In this document: one piece after another, positions 23,329-33,748 of the stretch
Position numbering within the stretch: position 1 is the first letter of the stretch
Layout of the letters: the number at the start of each line of letters is the position of its first letter
Origin: Perkinsus chesapeaki ATCC PRA-425
Lineage: Eukaryota; Protista; Perkinsozoa
Assembly: GCA_013115145.1 (NCBI GenBank)
Contig: JAAPAO010000334.1
Location: 1-38,398, forward strand
Reading direction: 5' to 3'
DNA length: 38,398 bases
The notes under the pieces: model-generated
Databases searched by the model: none
Told to the model about the DNA's origin: nothing
Seen by the model: only the letters and a program-made list of their open reading frames with translations
Position numbers and translations under genes: made by a program

Positions 23329-23560
23329 GGCAGCCATACCTAGATCCAGAATATCCTATCATGCCATCAATCTCTGCATCAAGCAAAAGTTTACAGTTTC
23401 TTATGCAGGGCTCCTCCACGGAAGGTTCAAATTTTGTAGTTTTTGCTGCCCAGGCAAATCGGCGGCTGTCATACCAGCGCCAGGTCCAAATATCTCTATA
23501 TTATCTTTCAGTATTGCGTTCAGTTTCATCTCTCACTGCAAGTCTCGCCGCTGTCGAACA
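23320..23560 (-). mobile_element. Possible highly decayed Ty3/gypsy pol fragment (protease-RT linker)
   Basis: The minus frame AILKDNIEIFGPG...LNLPWRSPA*ETVNF...LMA**DIL loosely resembles the pol linker pattern; it has several stops and no RT core is visible. Confidence 0.2.
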
Positions 23561-25600
23561 GCGGCTGTCTAAAGTTAGGCCAGATCGAAAAGTTTCGAGT
23601 CACTGTTAATGACTCATTAATAATGAGCCACTAGACCGACAATGTAACCTTGCTTTGGTGAACTCAAAAGCAACAGGGTTTTACAGATGGAAACACTGCG
23701 AGTCAAGTCTTATGACTCAACTCAGCAACGGTCAACGATCAAGAGTTGTATTAGCGCAACAGGTTGAACACCATGCGCCGCGGGCCGCGGCCCGCGGCTG
23801 TAGCTGCGTCCAAAGGGTGGATTGCTGGCGAACAAATGTATGGTAAACGGTACAATACGAACGCGACAAGCCACAAACTACGAAGTGCACAGCCGTGGCC
23901 ACAGTTGCAGGATATACAAACTGCTTCTTGGATGAAGAATCCCGCCTCTACAGAACTGTCATTCCAGTGTTTTAGTGTCAACTGCAATTACCAACGGGCC
24001 ATCCTGTAACCTCTTAAACTTTTAAGAACTTTTTCTGTGCCCGTCGTTCTTTAAGTACTTCGGAAGACCATCATGGACCTCGATGCTGTGGGAAGTCCGG
24101 CCTCACCACTATGTATTGCTTTGTCACATCTTTCACGACATCCTCGGACTTCTGACCTTCACCTGCAGCGGCTATCATGCCATATTTTGCTATATAGTCG
24201 AATGTCCTGGCTCGGCTCCCTCCCCAACAGCCGCTGAAGACCGGGTCCAAGCGTGTGTTCCTTTGGAGAGGCGCTCACTAATTGCCCTGCTGTGAACCTG
24301 AACTTCAGGTCTAATACCAGTTTTAGTCCCGCATGCAACTTCCATGGCACCTCGAGAAGGACACACACGCTGGCGCAGTTGCACCCAGTTATCAAATGAT
24401 CTTAGTTGGCTAGTGGACGATGTGTACAGAATGGTAATCGGGTAGCACCTCTGGCATCGACCCTGGTCAACGGGCGGATCAACGGCGCCCCTTGTAGACG
24501 AGTTAAGATCTGATCCGTAATCGCCTGGAGAGTCGTTTGCCGTGTAATTTCCACTCTTTTCTGGGATGCTGATTGACATGGGCAGTTAGCAGGCTATAGG
24601 TGGAACTGACTAGGACGTGCCGGAAGCGGTGGAGACAGCTTTCTGGTAAACCCTTCTTGCGTTAAGGCTGCGAGCTCATCAACTTTCAGCGCGTATTATA
24701 CTCATGAGTCATAGGCTATGAAGATAAGAGCAGTCGCAACATTCTGCAGTATTCTTCTAGCGAGGTGAGGCGGTCTTAAGACTGTGAATCCATCAAGAGC
24801 TCGTTATTCGAAGCGGCCTTGTGACCCCATTTCAGTGAGTTTCTGCCCTAGTGCGTTGTACACTAGCATCATGGCCTGGTAACACAGGTATATAATGTGG
24901 TGGAGACGTGAGTGTCTATGCCACGAAAAGTTAGACATCGTCAAAGTATAGCATCGTCAATAAAAGTAACAATATTCTCATCAACATCCTCGAGCTCAAT
25001 CGAAACAACTGAGCTGCCGTTTGCAGTGCCGCAGCTGCCTTGCTTCAGCGAAGAGTCCGTCAAGCACCAAGCCGTCGCCTGTCCATATTTGCTCTCTTCC
25101 AGTGCCTGATGGTGAGAATTACTCTATTCGTGTTTTGTAACTTACAAAAAGTGTGGTATGTCCTTTACAATCCTGGATTCTCTGCAGAATCAAATTTCCA
25201 GAGTCATCCAAACATAAGGGGACAGCTGCCGACACAATCTCAGGATCCACCGAATTCCGCAAAACTCGGAGAGAATTTTCCTCGGGACAATTCTCATCTC
25301 GGGGAGGCGCGCGAAAGCTGAAAAGTAAATCACTTATGGTAGTGTCAGGCAGCAATGAGGGAAAACACTCCACAATAAAATCTAACTTAGTTCGCCTCAA
25401 ACAACGCCTGAACAGTCACAGCATTTCCGCTACTAGAGGACCCTAACGGCTCTCAGGCTGGACCCTGTTACGCCGCGACATGTTAGTATTTACAAACATT
25501 TTTTTACGCTGACGCCTAAAATGTATAAACTCTATTATCTTGATGTCTACTCAAGTACTGTGCACGAAACTACTACTGCCAGTTACTCTTAACGCACTTT

Positions 25601-25760
25601 TATCGACACTGTTCACTCTGTGTTACCCTTGACACACTGTTATCGACACTGTTCACTCTGTGTTACCCTTGACACACTGTTACCGACACTGTTTACTCTG
25701 TGTTACCCTTGACACACTGTTATCGACACTGTTCGCTCTGTGTTACCCTTAACACACTAT
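25601..25760. repeat. Minisatellite, 40-nt unit TATCGACACTGTTCACTCTGTGTTACCCTTGACACACTGT, 4 copies
   Basis: Read directly from the sequence. Confidence 0.95.
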
Positions 25761-27836
25761 TACTGCTCCCTGTGTGCGACTCTACTTTGTTTACTGCCAG
25801 CGTTTAAAACAGTAAGCAGTGATTTTTTTAACGAAAGACAAAGTGCCTAAATCCTTTCAAGGAGTTCCCTTACCGATCGCCAACAGATTTGATACATAGC
25901 TCCTGTAGTGGAGGTATATATGTCTCTGTCACTGAATTGAATGTGAACTCGTGAACATATCCTTCTTGATCGCAACTTCCAGATCTACCGACTGCTGCTG
26001 CCATCCATCTGAGAGCGTTCAATAGGATGTAATTATCTCTAACTTACTTAAATCTTCTCAAACCGCGAGACAAACTTTGGATAATTCTCGAACGAATTAA
26101 CGTATGGCTACGCACCTCGAATGTCCACCGCTGCTGAGGAACCCCACACAGATCGGTTCTCCTCTTGATGATTTCCTCACATACATTATTTTTTCGTCAT
26201 TCCACGTCTTCCGGCTGCGCTCGTCATAACCACTGGGACATTGCACCCGAGTGGCCTACAGTTAAAGTCGAAGTTCGTCATCTTTAGTGAGAACTCTACC
26301 TCCTTTATTTCTATAAAGCGATAAACCCATCCTTGTGGTGACACGGATATGCAGATAGCTGTGAGATCTTCACTTGGGACATATTTAACATCATCAAGAT
26401 GCAATACTTTGAATCCGAGTAGGTGGGTCCAACCCTGACGATCAGTGCTGTATAACTAGTACACGATGTGCCGTAGGTGGCCCTAGCCAGATGAGCGCCG
26501 TATTATATCGACCTGCTTATATGTTTGGAGTATTACGACATGCGATTCGTATGTCATATTGTATCTTCTCTTGGCTCAAGAATTCCGTTGCCCGCCTCAG
26601 TGGGGAGAAAATTTTTCGTCTGGTTCTGTACATAATGGGAAGGCGCGAACGTCTATTATTGATTTTCGAGCTACTGTGGATATACTGTATCTTTCCGTAC
26701 ATTTCATACGAAAAATGTGCCCCCGGTATGTCAGAGCCACCCGTCACCGACTCGAAGGGCCCCACCTGATCACCGCACCAATCTGTTCCAACATTGATCC
26801 TATGCTTCATCCCAGATCCTGAAGCATCATTGGCTTGGCCGATGCAAGCCGGGAAGTCTCTGATGTATCGCCTGTTCTTGCCTGTGGGTTGATGCATGTT
26901 AACTTCTCTAAGCATCACACTTGCCTTTCTCCAATGCTTGGGCGAGGACGTCCCTCGACAGGGCATGAATGCTTCCTTTGTGTAGTGATGGGAGAGTTCT
27001 GATGAACCTTTGTAGTCTCCACTGATGGTCGATAACAGTGCCGAGCTGTCTGTTGAAGTCTATCGCTAGAAACCTTGATGGAATCGTCCTCGATGTTGCT
27101 CCTCATCGATAAGTGCTAACCTTATGTCTTCTCGCCGTTTGCACTGTTCTGGTAGAAGCTCCCGAAGTTCGTCCAAGTCACTTGGGACTTTCTTAATACC
27201 GATGCGCAGATCAGTTTGGGAGCCACATAGCTCTGTGTGAGTGCCAATTTAACTGTCATAAACGCTACTGGCCGACCTCGTCGCACGATGAGATATATTC
27301 GCTCTTCTGTCGTCTCAACTGCGGTCTTCTTCGATGCCACAGATTTCCAGTGCAGTGTGAATCCTCTAGCCGTGCTATTCACAGAAGTATCTTGCAGTTG
27401 ACGTCCTATCGGGACTAATCAACCTGGTTGGTGCTGCATTCGCAGCGAGCTTGCTATGTCTGCCGAGATATTATAGATTTTCTCTACAGATTGTCTGCTA
27501 GTCACCTTCACACCGAAATATGCAGTAGTATAGTCTATACTACTTGTCATAGCAGCGAAATCCAATAATGTAGAACTTAGTCACTACAGAAAAGGTTCGA
27601 ACTAAGTCGTTCGAATGCCCACTCTCCATCTGCGCCAACCTGTGCGTCCAGGGCGCGCCGTCAGTCGGGTTTTCGGGTCAGAGCGTGTACCAAAACACAC
27701 TTTAGGCCCTAAAGCTTATGTAAAGCCTTGTCCGGACAGGTTAGCCTGGTGCTCATCACAAATTAAGCTCTCAGAGAGGATTCCATGGATAACATGTTTT
27801 AAAGAAAAGCGTCGAGCTATCTCGAATTTTTGTAGT

Positions 27837-30554
27837 CTATCCTTTTCTATAGAGCTTGGAAGGATACATAATTGAGAAAGTACTTAGGATTGGGGTTAAA
27901 TTGACTAGGGCATCATCACTGCTAGTGACAGAGTTGATCTTGATTCCCTACCTGCAAAGATGATAGAATCGTTTGACTTAACAAATTCATTCCTCAGAAC
28001 ATACTCAACATTATTGATACCATCGCTCCGCCATATCATATCGCCTGACCTAACCTGCTGATCGAATTCGAACACTACAAACTGAGCTCATCATATACCC
28101 GTTGTAGCCTCTCCCACATAGGCTTGTCATCAGCTGGCCTTCTACGGGGTGTATGGTCACTATCATGCAGACACAAGAACTTGCCATGGCCCTTTGGCGG
28201 CCGGAGTATCTTTAAAGGACTTTGCAATCACAACTAATTTATCCGACTCTATACCCTTGGAGAGGTATTCTGAGATCTCTATGAAGAGCACTCGACATAG
28301 ACTGACAATTTAATAGTTCTCCCTCTATAAGGAGATTGACGTTACAACGATTCAGCTGGATGAGCCAAGGATTAGTTACGGGCAATGCGCGGTTCGATTA
28401 CTTCCACGCTGCCGGGTTGAGTGAGGCAAAAAGGTTCACAGCCGCCCGCAAGTAATTGATTATGGCGGAGCCTCCAGTATCTGATTTGCTCGATACGCAG
28501 GTTCGACCCTCGCTTCTGTCATTTTACAAATCGTCGTCCTCTCCTCCCCAACCCCAATATTCATTGGAGAAACCATTTATCTTTTCCCAGTGTTCGGGTG
28601 TCATTGCAACTGTGCCACCCACGTTTCCAGGATATGGTACACTCCAACCCCAGCACTCAATTTCACTGCTAAGCTGGGTCGGTGTTGTACAGGAACCGAA
28701 ATCAACTCCTGAGAAATGAAGATTCCTCGACGGTAGGCTTCCATGCGACGAGGCTAGAACTTGGAAGTAGTCTTTTTGCCATTGCGGTTGGGTGGGACTT
28801 GACAATACTTGGTTATGAACCACACTAAGCTACAAACTTTTCAAGGAGAATGCTCTATGAATATCAAGAGTTATTGGTTCATACTGTATCAGTTGGAGTG
28901 ACGTGTTGTTAGTGCTCGCGTTGGATGGATCGATTCAACTCACCGGACATAGGTAAATTGTCGACATCTTGCATGACTATGCAGTCGGGTGGGCCATCGC
29001 CCATACTACGCATGACTTCTCGGAATCTGAGCTACAGTCCTCAAAAAATATCAAACATATTTATGCAAGCTGGAATGGTCTAGTTGGTTATGACGATCGC
29101 CTCACACGCGATAGGTCCCGAGTTCGATTCTCGGTTCCAGTATTTGTATCCATCGTAGCCTTGCCTCACCCGACATTAAACAGCCATCCTCGGTTAAATA
29201 ACTGATTATCAAACTGTTCAATGAGGAATACGTGGAACTCTTGATTCCGCTTGTTCTCAACATTCAATTCTCTGACGAAGTCGGCTAGGTGCCGCTCGAA
29301 CTTCTGGTAATGACTTTCCCGGTCTCGATATCTACAGCAAACAGGCGAGTCGGTGAATAGGTGAAGCTTTATTGAGAATTAGAATAAAGCGACGCACGCT
29401 GTACTCATGATTTTTAACTCCGTATTATGGACCGATTAAAGCGATTGCTAGAAGCCTAAGAACTGCCGATGCCTTGCACGTCACTAAAAAATTGTAACAG
29501 CACGCATGCGTTGCCGCGTCAGCTGGTAATACCAGTCAGGGACTTTGTTTAGATCGAAAAGTGCAAGAAGCAACTCACGGGATAACAATGGCAATCCGTT
29601 TGTCTCGAGTGGCGGGCACTGTGACTTCGGTGGAATGAATTTGCCGATAGTCGATGCAGCCAGCACATTCACAGTGCAATCTCGAGATACCGCACCACCT
29701 TCACAGAGAGAAGCGGTATCCTAATTTGGATTGATAATAGCTGTCCAACCCGCTAGCGCTGCAGCAGGGAAACTGGCCATCAGGATTGCACTCAGCCTTC
29801 TGCTGGGACCCGTCATCTGATGGCCAGCCGACGCCACATCTGCCAGCAAGAGTTAGCACAGTGCATTTCTTTATGGTTTTACTGGAAATCATCTCTCCAA
29901 GGTTTAGAGGATGCTTTCACCGATGTTGGTTCGACATGCGCCTTTGTAAGCTCGTTAGACTTCGTAACAGCGGTAAGCTTGGTCGTAGGTTTGTCTGCTC
30001 AATCGCTATCCATTTACGGGTTTTACCGTCTTACCTATGACATAATGTTTTCGGTTATCAACCAAGTTCTGTATTCGTTTCAGCTCCTTCATCAGTCCAT
30101 CAAGCCTTTGCTCGAGTTTTTCAACTTCTTCACTCTGGAAACGAAATCTATCATCTGAATTGCCATTTCGCTCCACCTTATAAGATGCCATCCGTATCCC
30201 TTCATCCTTCACAAGCAGTTCCATAACCATATTCCGTATCATTGCTTTGTCACTGTCGGATGCTATCAGTAGGCCTGATCACCGCAAGCATCCCGAAACG
30301 ACGTGTTTTTCAAGTACCAGAGTTGTGGCGTGCTCCGTTTGATATCTGGCCGAATATTTCGCTCAGGATGTATATGGATTTCTCGTGGCGTTCAAGTTGC
30401 CTCAATTTCGGTATGTAGAGAGCCTACTAGCAGGTTCGTATTTCTGTTTCCTTTAGTGTCCGACCTCGAATAGGTAAAGTCCAGCAATGCACGAAAATGC
30501 GAGCAAACCAATAAGAAAGACCAGCAGATATGATGGTGGCCGCGAAACTGCCAT
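27837..30554 (-). CDS. GT7 family beta-1,4-galactosyltransferase-like type II membrane protein with coiled-coil stem and hevein/CBM18-like Cys module; multi-exon, 3' end uncertain
   Basis: ATG at 30554 and a signal anchor (YLLVFLIGLLAFSCIAGLYLF). Spliced exons give RIAIVIPYRDRE, IEQFDNQLFNRGWLFNVG, CIVMQDVDNLP (DxD), NVGGTVAM...INGFSNEYWGWGGEDDDLY, ILRPPKGHGKF and WRSDGINNVEY. Confidence 0.9.
28481..28525 (+). pseudogene. tRNA-Leu/Ser-like (long variable arm) 3'-half relic with terminator, forming essentially the whole 47-nt GT7 intron in antisense
   Basis: CTGATTTGCTCGATAC-GCAGG-TTCGACC-CTCGC-TTCTGTC-A-TTTT; the 3' end TTCTGTCA resembles tRNA-Leu ends. Confidence 0.7.
29069..29142 (+). tRNA. 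tRNA-Val(CAC), antisense within an intron of the GT7 gene; identical to the copy at 869-942
   Basis: Full cloverleaf, 74/74 nt identical to the first copy by eye; weaker terminator (TTTGT). Confidence 0.95.
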
Positions 30555-31684
30555 TGTGGGAAGTTTCAAAAATAAAGTTGGGGCTTTATCTGATTGCAAT
30601 CATGGAGTTAAGATTCTCGATGACGATCTACTGAAGTCGGATAATCCGACTCGGATTCAGAGAGCAGACTGTGCTCAGAAAGGATACCTCACAAATCACG
30701 ATGATTTGAACAACTTGATTCAATACGCTACTTCAAGCTGATGATGCAGGTAATGGTCCATTTCTGCAGCACTAGCTTGAAGTGATTCAATTTCCATTGC
30801 TGGTGCGTGAATCATTCAAAAATATGAGTTTGAGTGGATGTTAGCCAGCTCATTCAGGGAGGGTGTGAAGGTAGGCGGACCGAGTGCCCCTATTGGACAG
30901 CGGCGATAGAGTGAGCGCGTCCTATACACGAATAAACTTTGTTGTGCTCCTAGTACGCCGACGGCTAACTGAACTACTATCATCGATTATCAAATCATTC
31001 AAGTGTCATGATGACACTGTCATCCTTCCACAGGGCCCAGTGCTTTATCATGGCGTGGGGGTTACTGGATGGTGCATTCGATGCGCGATTCTGTGTGCGC
31101 TCCAGCGTAGTGCACGGAGACCTGTGAACGATTATGCGGTTTTCCAGTGTTTCAATTTGATGGTAGACTCTGTTTAACAGAGTCTGTTATTACCGTTATT
31201 GTATTGTGCGCTGTGACCGCCGTGGCGTCAGTGACGCCGCGTCACATATTTGTGCATGCGTTCCGAGGCCCTTGCGCGGGCACTTTCCTAGTGAACTTTA
31301 GGTTGGATTAAGGACAGGAGTGAGTTGAGCTTCTGATCCTCACTAACCTGATATGCAGAGTACGTTTTTATACATATCTCTTTGGAAACGGATGCTCCAT
31401 TATTGAAACTTCAACATGTTACGTAAAACACTTACATAAATATTATAGGTTTTTGTCAGGACCGTTTCGTCGCACCTGATAGAATTGATGGCGAGCGAAA
31501 TTCTCACGTGCGCGCAAGCTGTGAATTTTCGATATGCAACTCAATGACTTCTGAGTAAAAAAGCTAACCGGGAACCAAAAAACATGTTATCAGGACCCAA
31601 CATGTCCTCCATGCCTCTGTAGGATCCTCTGTACGCGGCCATTAATCGATTCTGTCAGTTTCTGGATAGTTGAGGAAGCAACCG

Positions 31685-31863
31685 ACTTTGGGCGAGCGAG
31701 ATTTACTATAAAGACATTGGGCGAGCGAAGTTTGTTACCTTTCTTATTAGATTTGGAAAAGCACAACCCGCTACGGGAACTGCCTTCTGTGTAACCGCCT
31801 CTTTATCGCACTACGTAGAAATTATCACACAATAGCCACTTTGGGCGAGCGAGATTTACTATA
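31685..31863. repeat. 26-nt direct repeat ACTTTGGGCGAGCGAGATTTACTATA (31685-31710 and 31838-31863) plus a partial copy at about 31717-31728
   Basis: Read directly; lies downstream of the MULE/Ulp1 relic. Confidence 0.85.
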
Positions 31864-32074
31864 GTATCCCAGTCGCCCACTACCAGTGGTATAGTCCCAC
31901 TATCCGATAGTGACTATCGCCCGGCAGACGAAGTACGCACCTACGGTAATATCACTGTTATAGTGAGTCGATTTTACTCAATGTATAAAATACGTACTTT
32001 AGAGATCGATAACAATCTAGGAACCTAATGAAGTAAGCAAGCCCTGCTTAGCAAGGGTATTTGGAGAATCTCCA

Positions 32075-32141
32075 TTGTCGATTTCGCTAACGATTTTAGT
32101 TGTAATCTGATTACAACTAAAATCGTTAGCGAAATCGACAA
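32075..32141. repeat. Perfect inverted repeat, 33-bp arms with a 1-nt spacer
   Basis: TTGTCGATTTCGCTAACGATTTTAGTTGTAATC-T-GATTACAACTAAAATCGTTAGCGAAATCGACAA. Confidence 0.97.
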
Positions 32142-32173
32142 GGAACAAGAAACTGTCTGAAGCGGCAGGCGAT

Positions 32174-33066
32174 CTATTCGATCTCTAGACTGGTAGGGAA
32201 ATGCTCAGGTGCTACAGCAGCATGCTGTAGCAGAAGCAGGTGCTCGATCGGCAGCCGTGGAAACCGATCGATCTGCTTGCTTTGAAGGCAATCGAATACA
32301 TGGTCCCTCATTCTGGATTCATCAAAATTGGTTGCTGCCACTTCTGCCGGACTCTTGTCAGACAGTGGCAGCTTCGTGAAATGCGCCAGGACATGCAAGC
32401 CACAAAGGTTGCCGGCGCTACTTTGCCGTTGAACTCCCAGGCAGATGAACAAGTTGTTACTGCCGAATGGATCGACACAACTACGCTGAACCCGGTCATG
32501 GAGGAGCATGCTCATACTATCCACATGAAGCAGCTGGCCACCCATACGAGCAATACCCACGGAATGACCACCGCCATTGTTGATCGGCTGGAGAACTGTC
32601 AATGTGCCGATGACGGTGGACTGAAACGCATCGGTGTACCGTCTTTCAGCTGCCACGTTGGAATACTTGCATCCTCTGACCTTCGCATGGTGCTGCCGAC
32701 CGTTTCGTACAATAGGAGCATCCATGAATCAATCATCCCAACATTGATGGGCTCACCCCGAGTAGTCAGGCTCCTCCTGTCGAAATTAGTGACTTCAGCA
32801 CCACCAATAGGCAGCCAAATGCTGTCGTCACCGTTATTCACATCTACAGACCTGTCGGTAGCAACAGATTGACTAGGTCCTGCTACCGATGATCCTGGCA
32901 CTGCTCCAAGAACTTCCTGGCTGAACAAACTGCTAGCCGACAGATTCTCGAGAAACTCCGCCTGCGACAACGGTGGGCTAGTATTGTTCACACGTTCATC
33001 CGGACGCCTTGAGTCAGGGCTTCCGGAGGTTGAGGAAGACTCGGAGTTTGGAATGGTACCTACCAA
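32174..33066 (-). pseudogene. Ulp1/C48-like cysteine protease relic, frameshifted near 32600, probably transposon cargo
   Basis: One frame gives DRRSL...INVGMIDSWMLLL; the next gives VLQPINNGGGHSV...VDSM...VQRQSSAGNLCGLHV...FDESRMRDHVFDCL...FP, the His-Asp-Gln-Cys order of the Ulp1 clan. Confidence 0.7.
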
Positions 33067-33748
33067 TACGAAGTTCCCAATAACGAATACGTGCAGATGA
33101 TCTCACCGGTGGTAGGCTCCTGCGTACGTCGCCTACGAGAATGCTCGGGATAAACCCCATTCTCCGTCAGCTGGCGCGTTTATTTTGCGTGCTTCACGAA
33201 ACCAAGTTGGCCTTCAACTTCACGTCCTTCATAGTATGAAGGACGGACCATAATAAGCGTATGGAGTTCATACGGTGACCGTATTACGGTCGTATGGTCG
33301 CCGTTTCCGCCGATCATCACGGTTAGCAAGGACCAGGTCACTTCGAACTTCCCTCATTATGAGGGCCTCATATGCTTCAGGACCACGTCGATCCACGTCC
33401 AAATAATAGGGCGGACGTCAGCAGAGAAAAGGGTATTCCATTTATGATGGAAACCCTCCTGGGAGTTGTTAGTCCGCGGGAAACCGTTGAGCGCACGCTC
33501 ACGCATGGTCTACCCACCTACTATCACTTACCATATTCTATATCCTACATATACAATCATATTTTACCCTGTAAACCTGGTGAGTTACCAACACAAACAT
33601 GAAGGTGAGACGCTGAAACAGTACAGTTAGTACAGCTAGTAAACTCTGAATTGAAAACCACCATCATATTTTAAGCAGGTCTTAAACAACAACCGGTGAG
33701 CAATCATTATTGTCGTCACAATATATGACGTCCTAAGAAAACCTTTGG

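Noticed and set aside
25800-27560. Long broken reading frames on the minus strand
   Set aside because: They may be a decayed gene or transposon, but I recognise no motif, so they are not annotated.
27594-27616. GGTTCGAACTAAGTCGTTCGAA
   Set aside because: A short hairpin that fails the B-box consensus and has no tRNA register.
28381-28414. GCGCGGTTCGATTAC tRNA-like motif at a GT7 donor site
   Set aside because: The B-box is imperfect (GTTCGATTA), and there is no convincing acceptor strand or terminator; a weak candidate at best.
29027-29042. GGACTGTAGCTCAG (tRNA 5'/A-box-like) at an intron acceptor on the minus strand
   Set aside because: The 8-mer TAGCTCAG is expected about once by chance in this window, and no D-arm follows.
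30425-30461. GCAGGTTCGTATTTCTG antisense in a 41-nt GT7 intron
   Set aside because: It shares GCAGGTTCG with the relics, but the loop and register are off; not distinguishable from chance.
31960-31971. TATAGTGAGTCG, partial T7 promoter complement (vector contamination)
   Set aside because: Only 12 of 18 nt match, and there is no flanking vector sequence.
31995-32060. Helitron-like 3' end (small hairpin then CTAG on the minus strand)
   Set aside because: The spacing is about 21 nt, the CTAG is not followed by T, no Rep/helicase is seen, and a MULE explains the cargo better.
32240-32872. 210-aa plus-strand ORF
   Set aside because: It is the antisense shadow of the Ulp1-like relic and has no recognisable motif.
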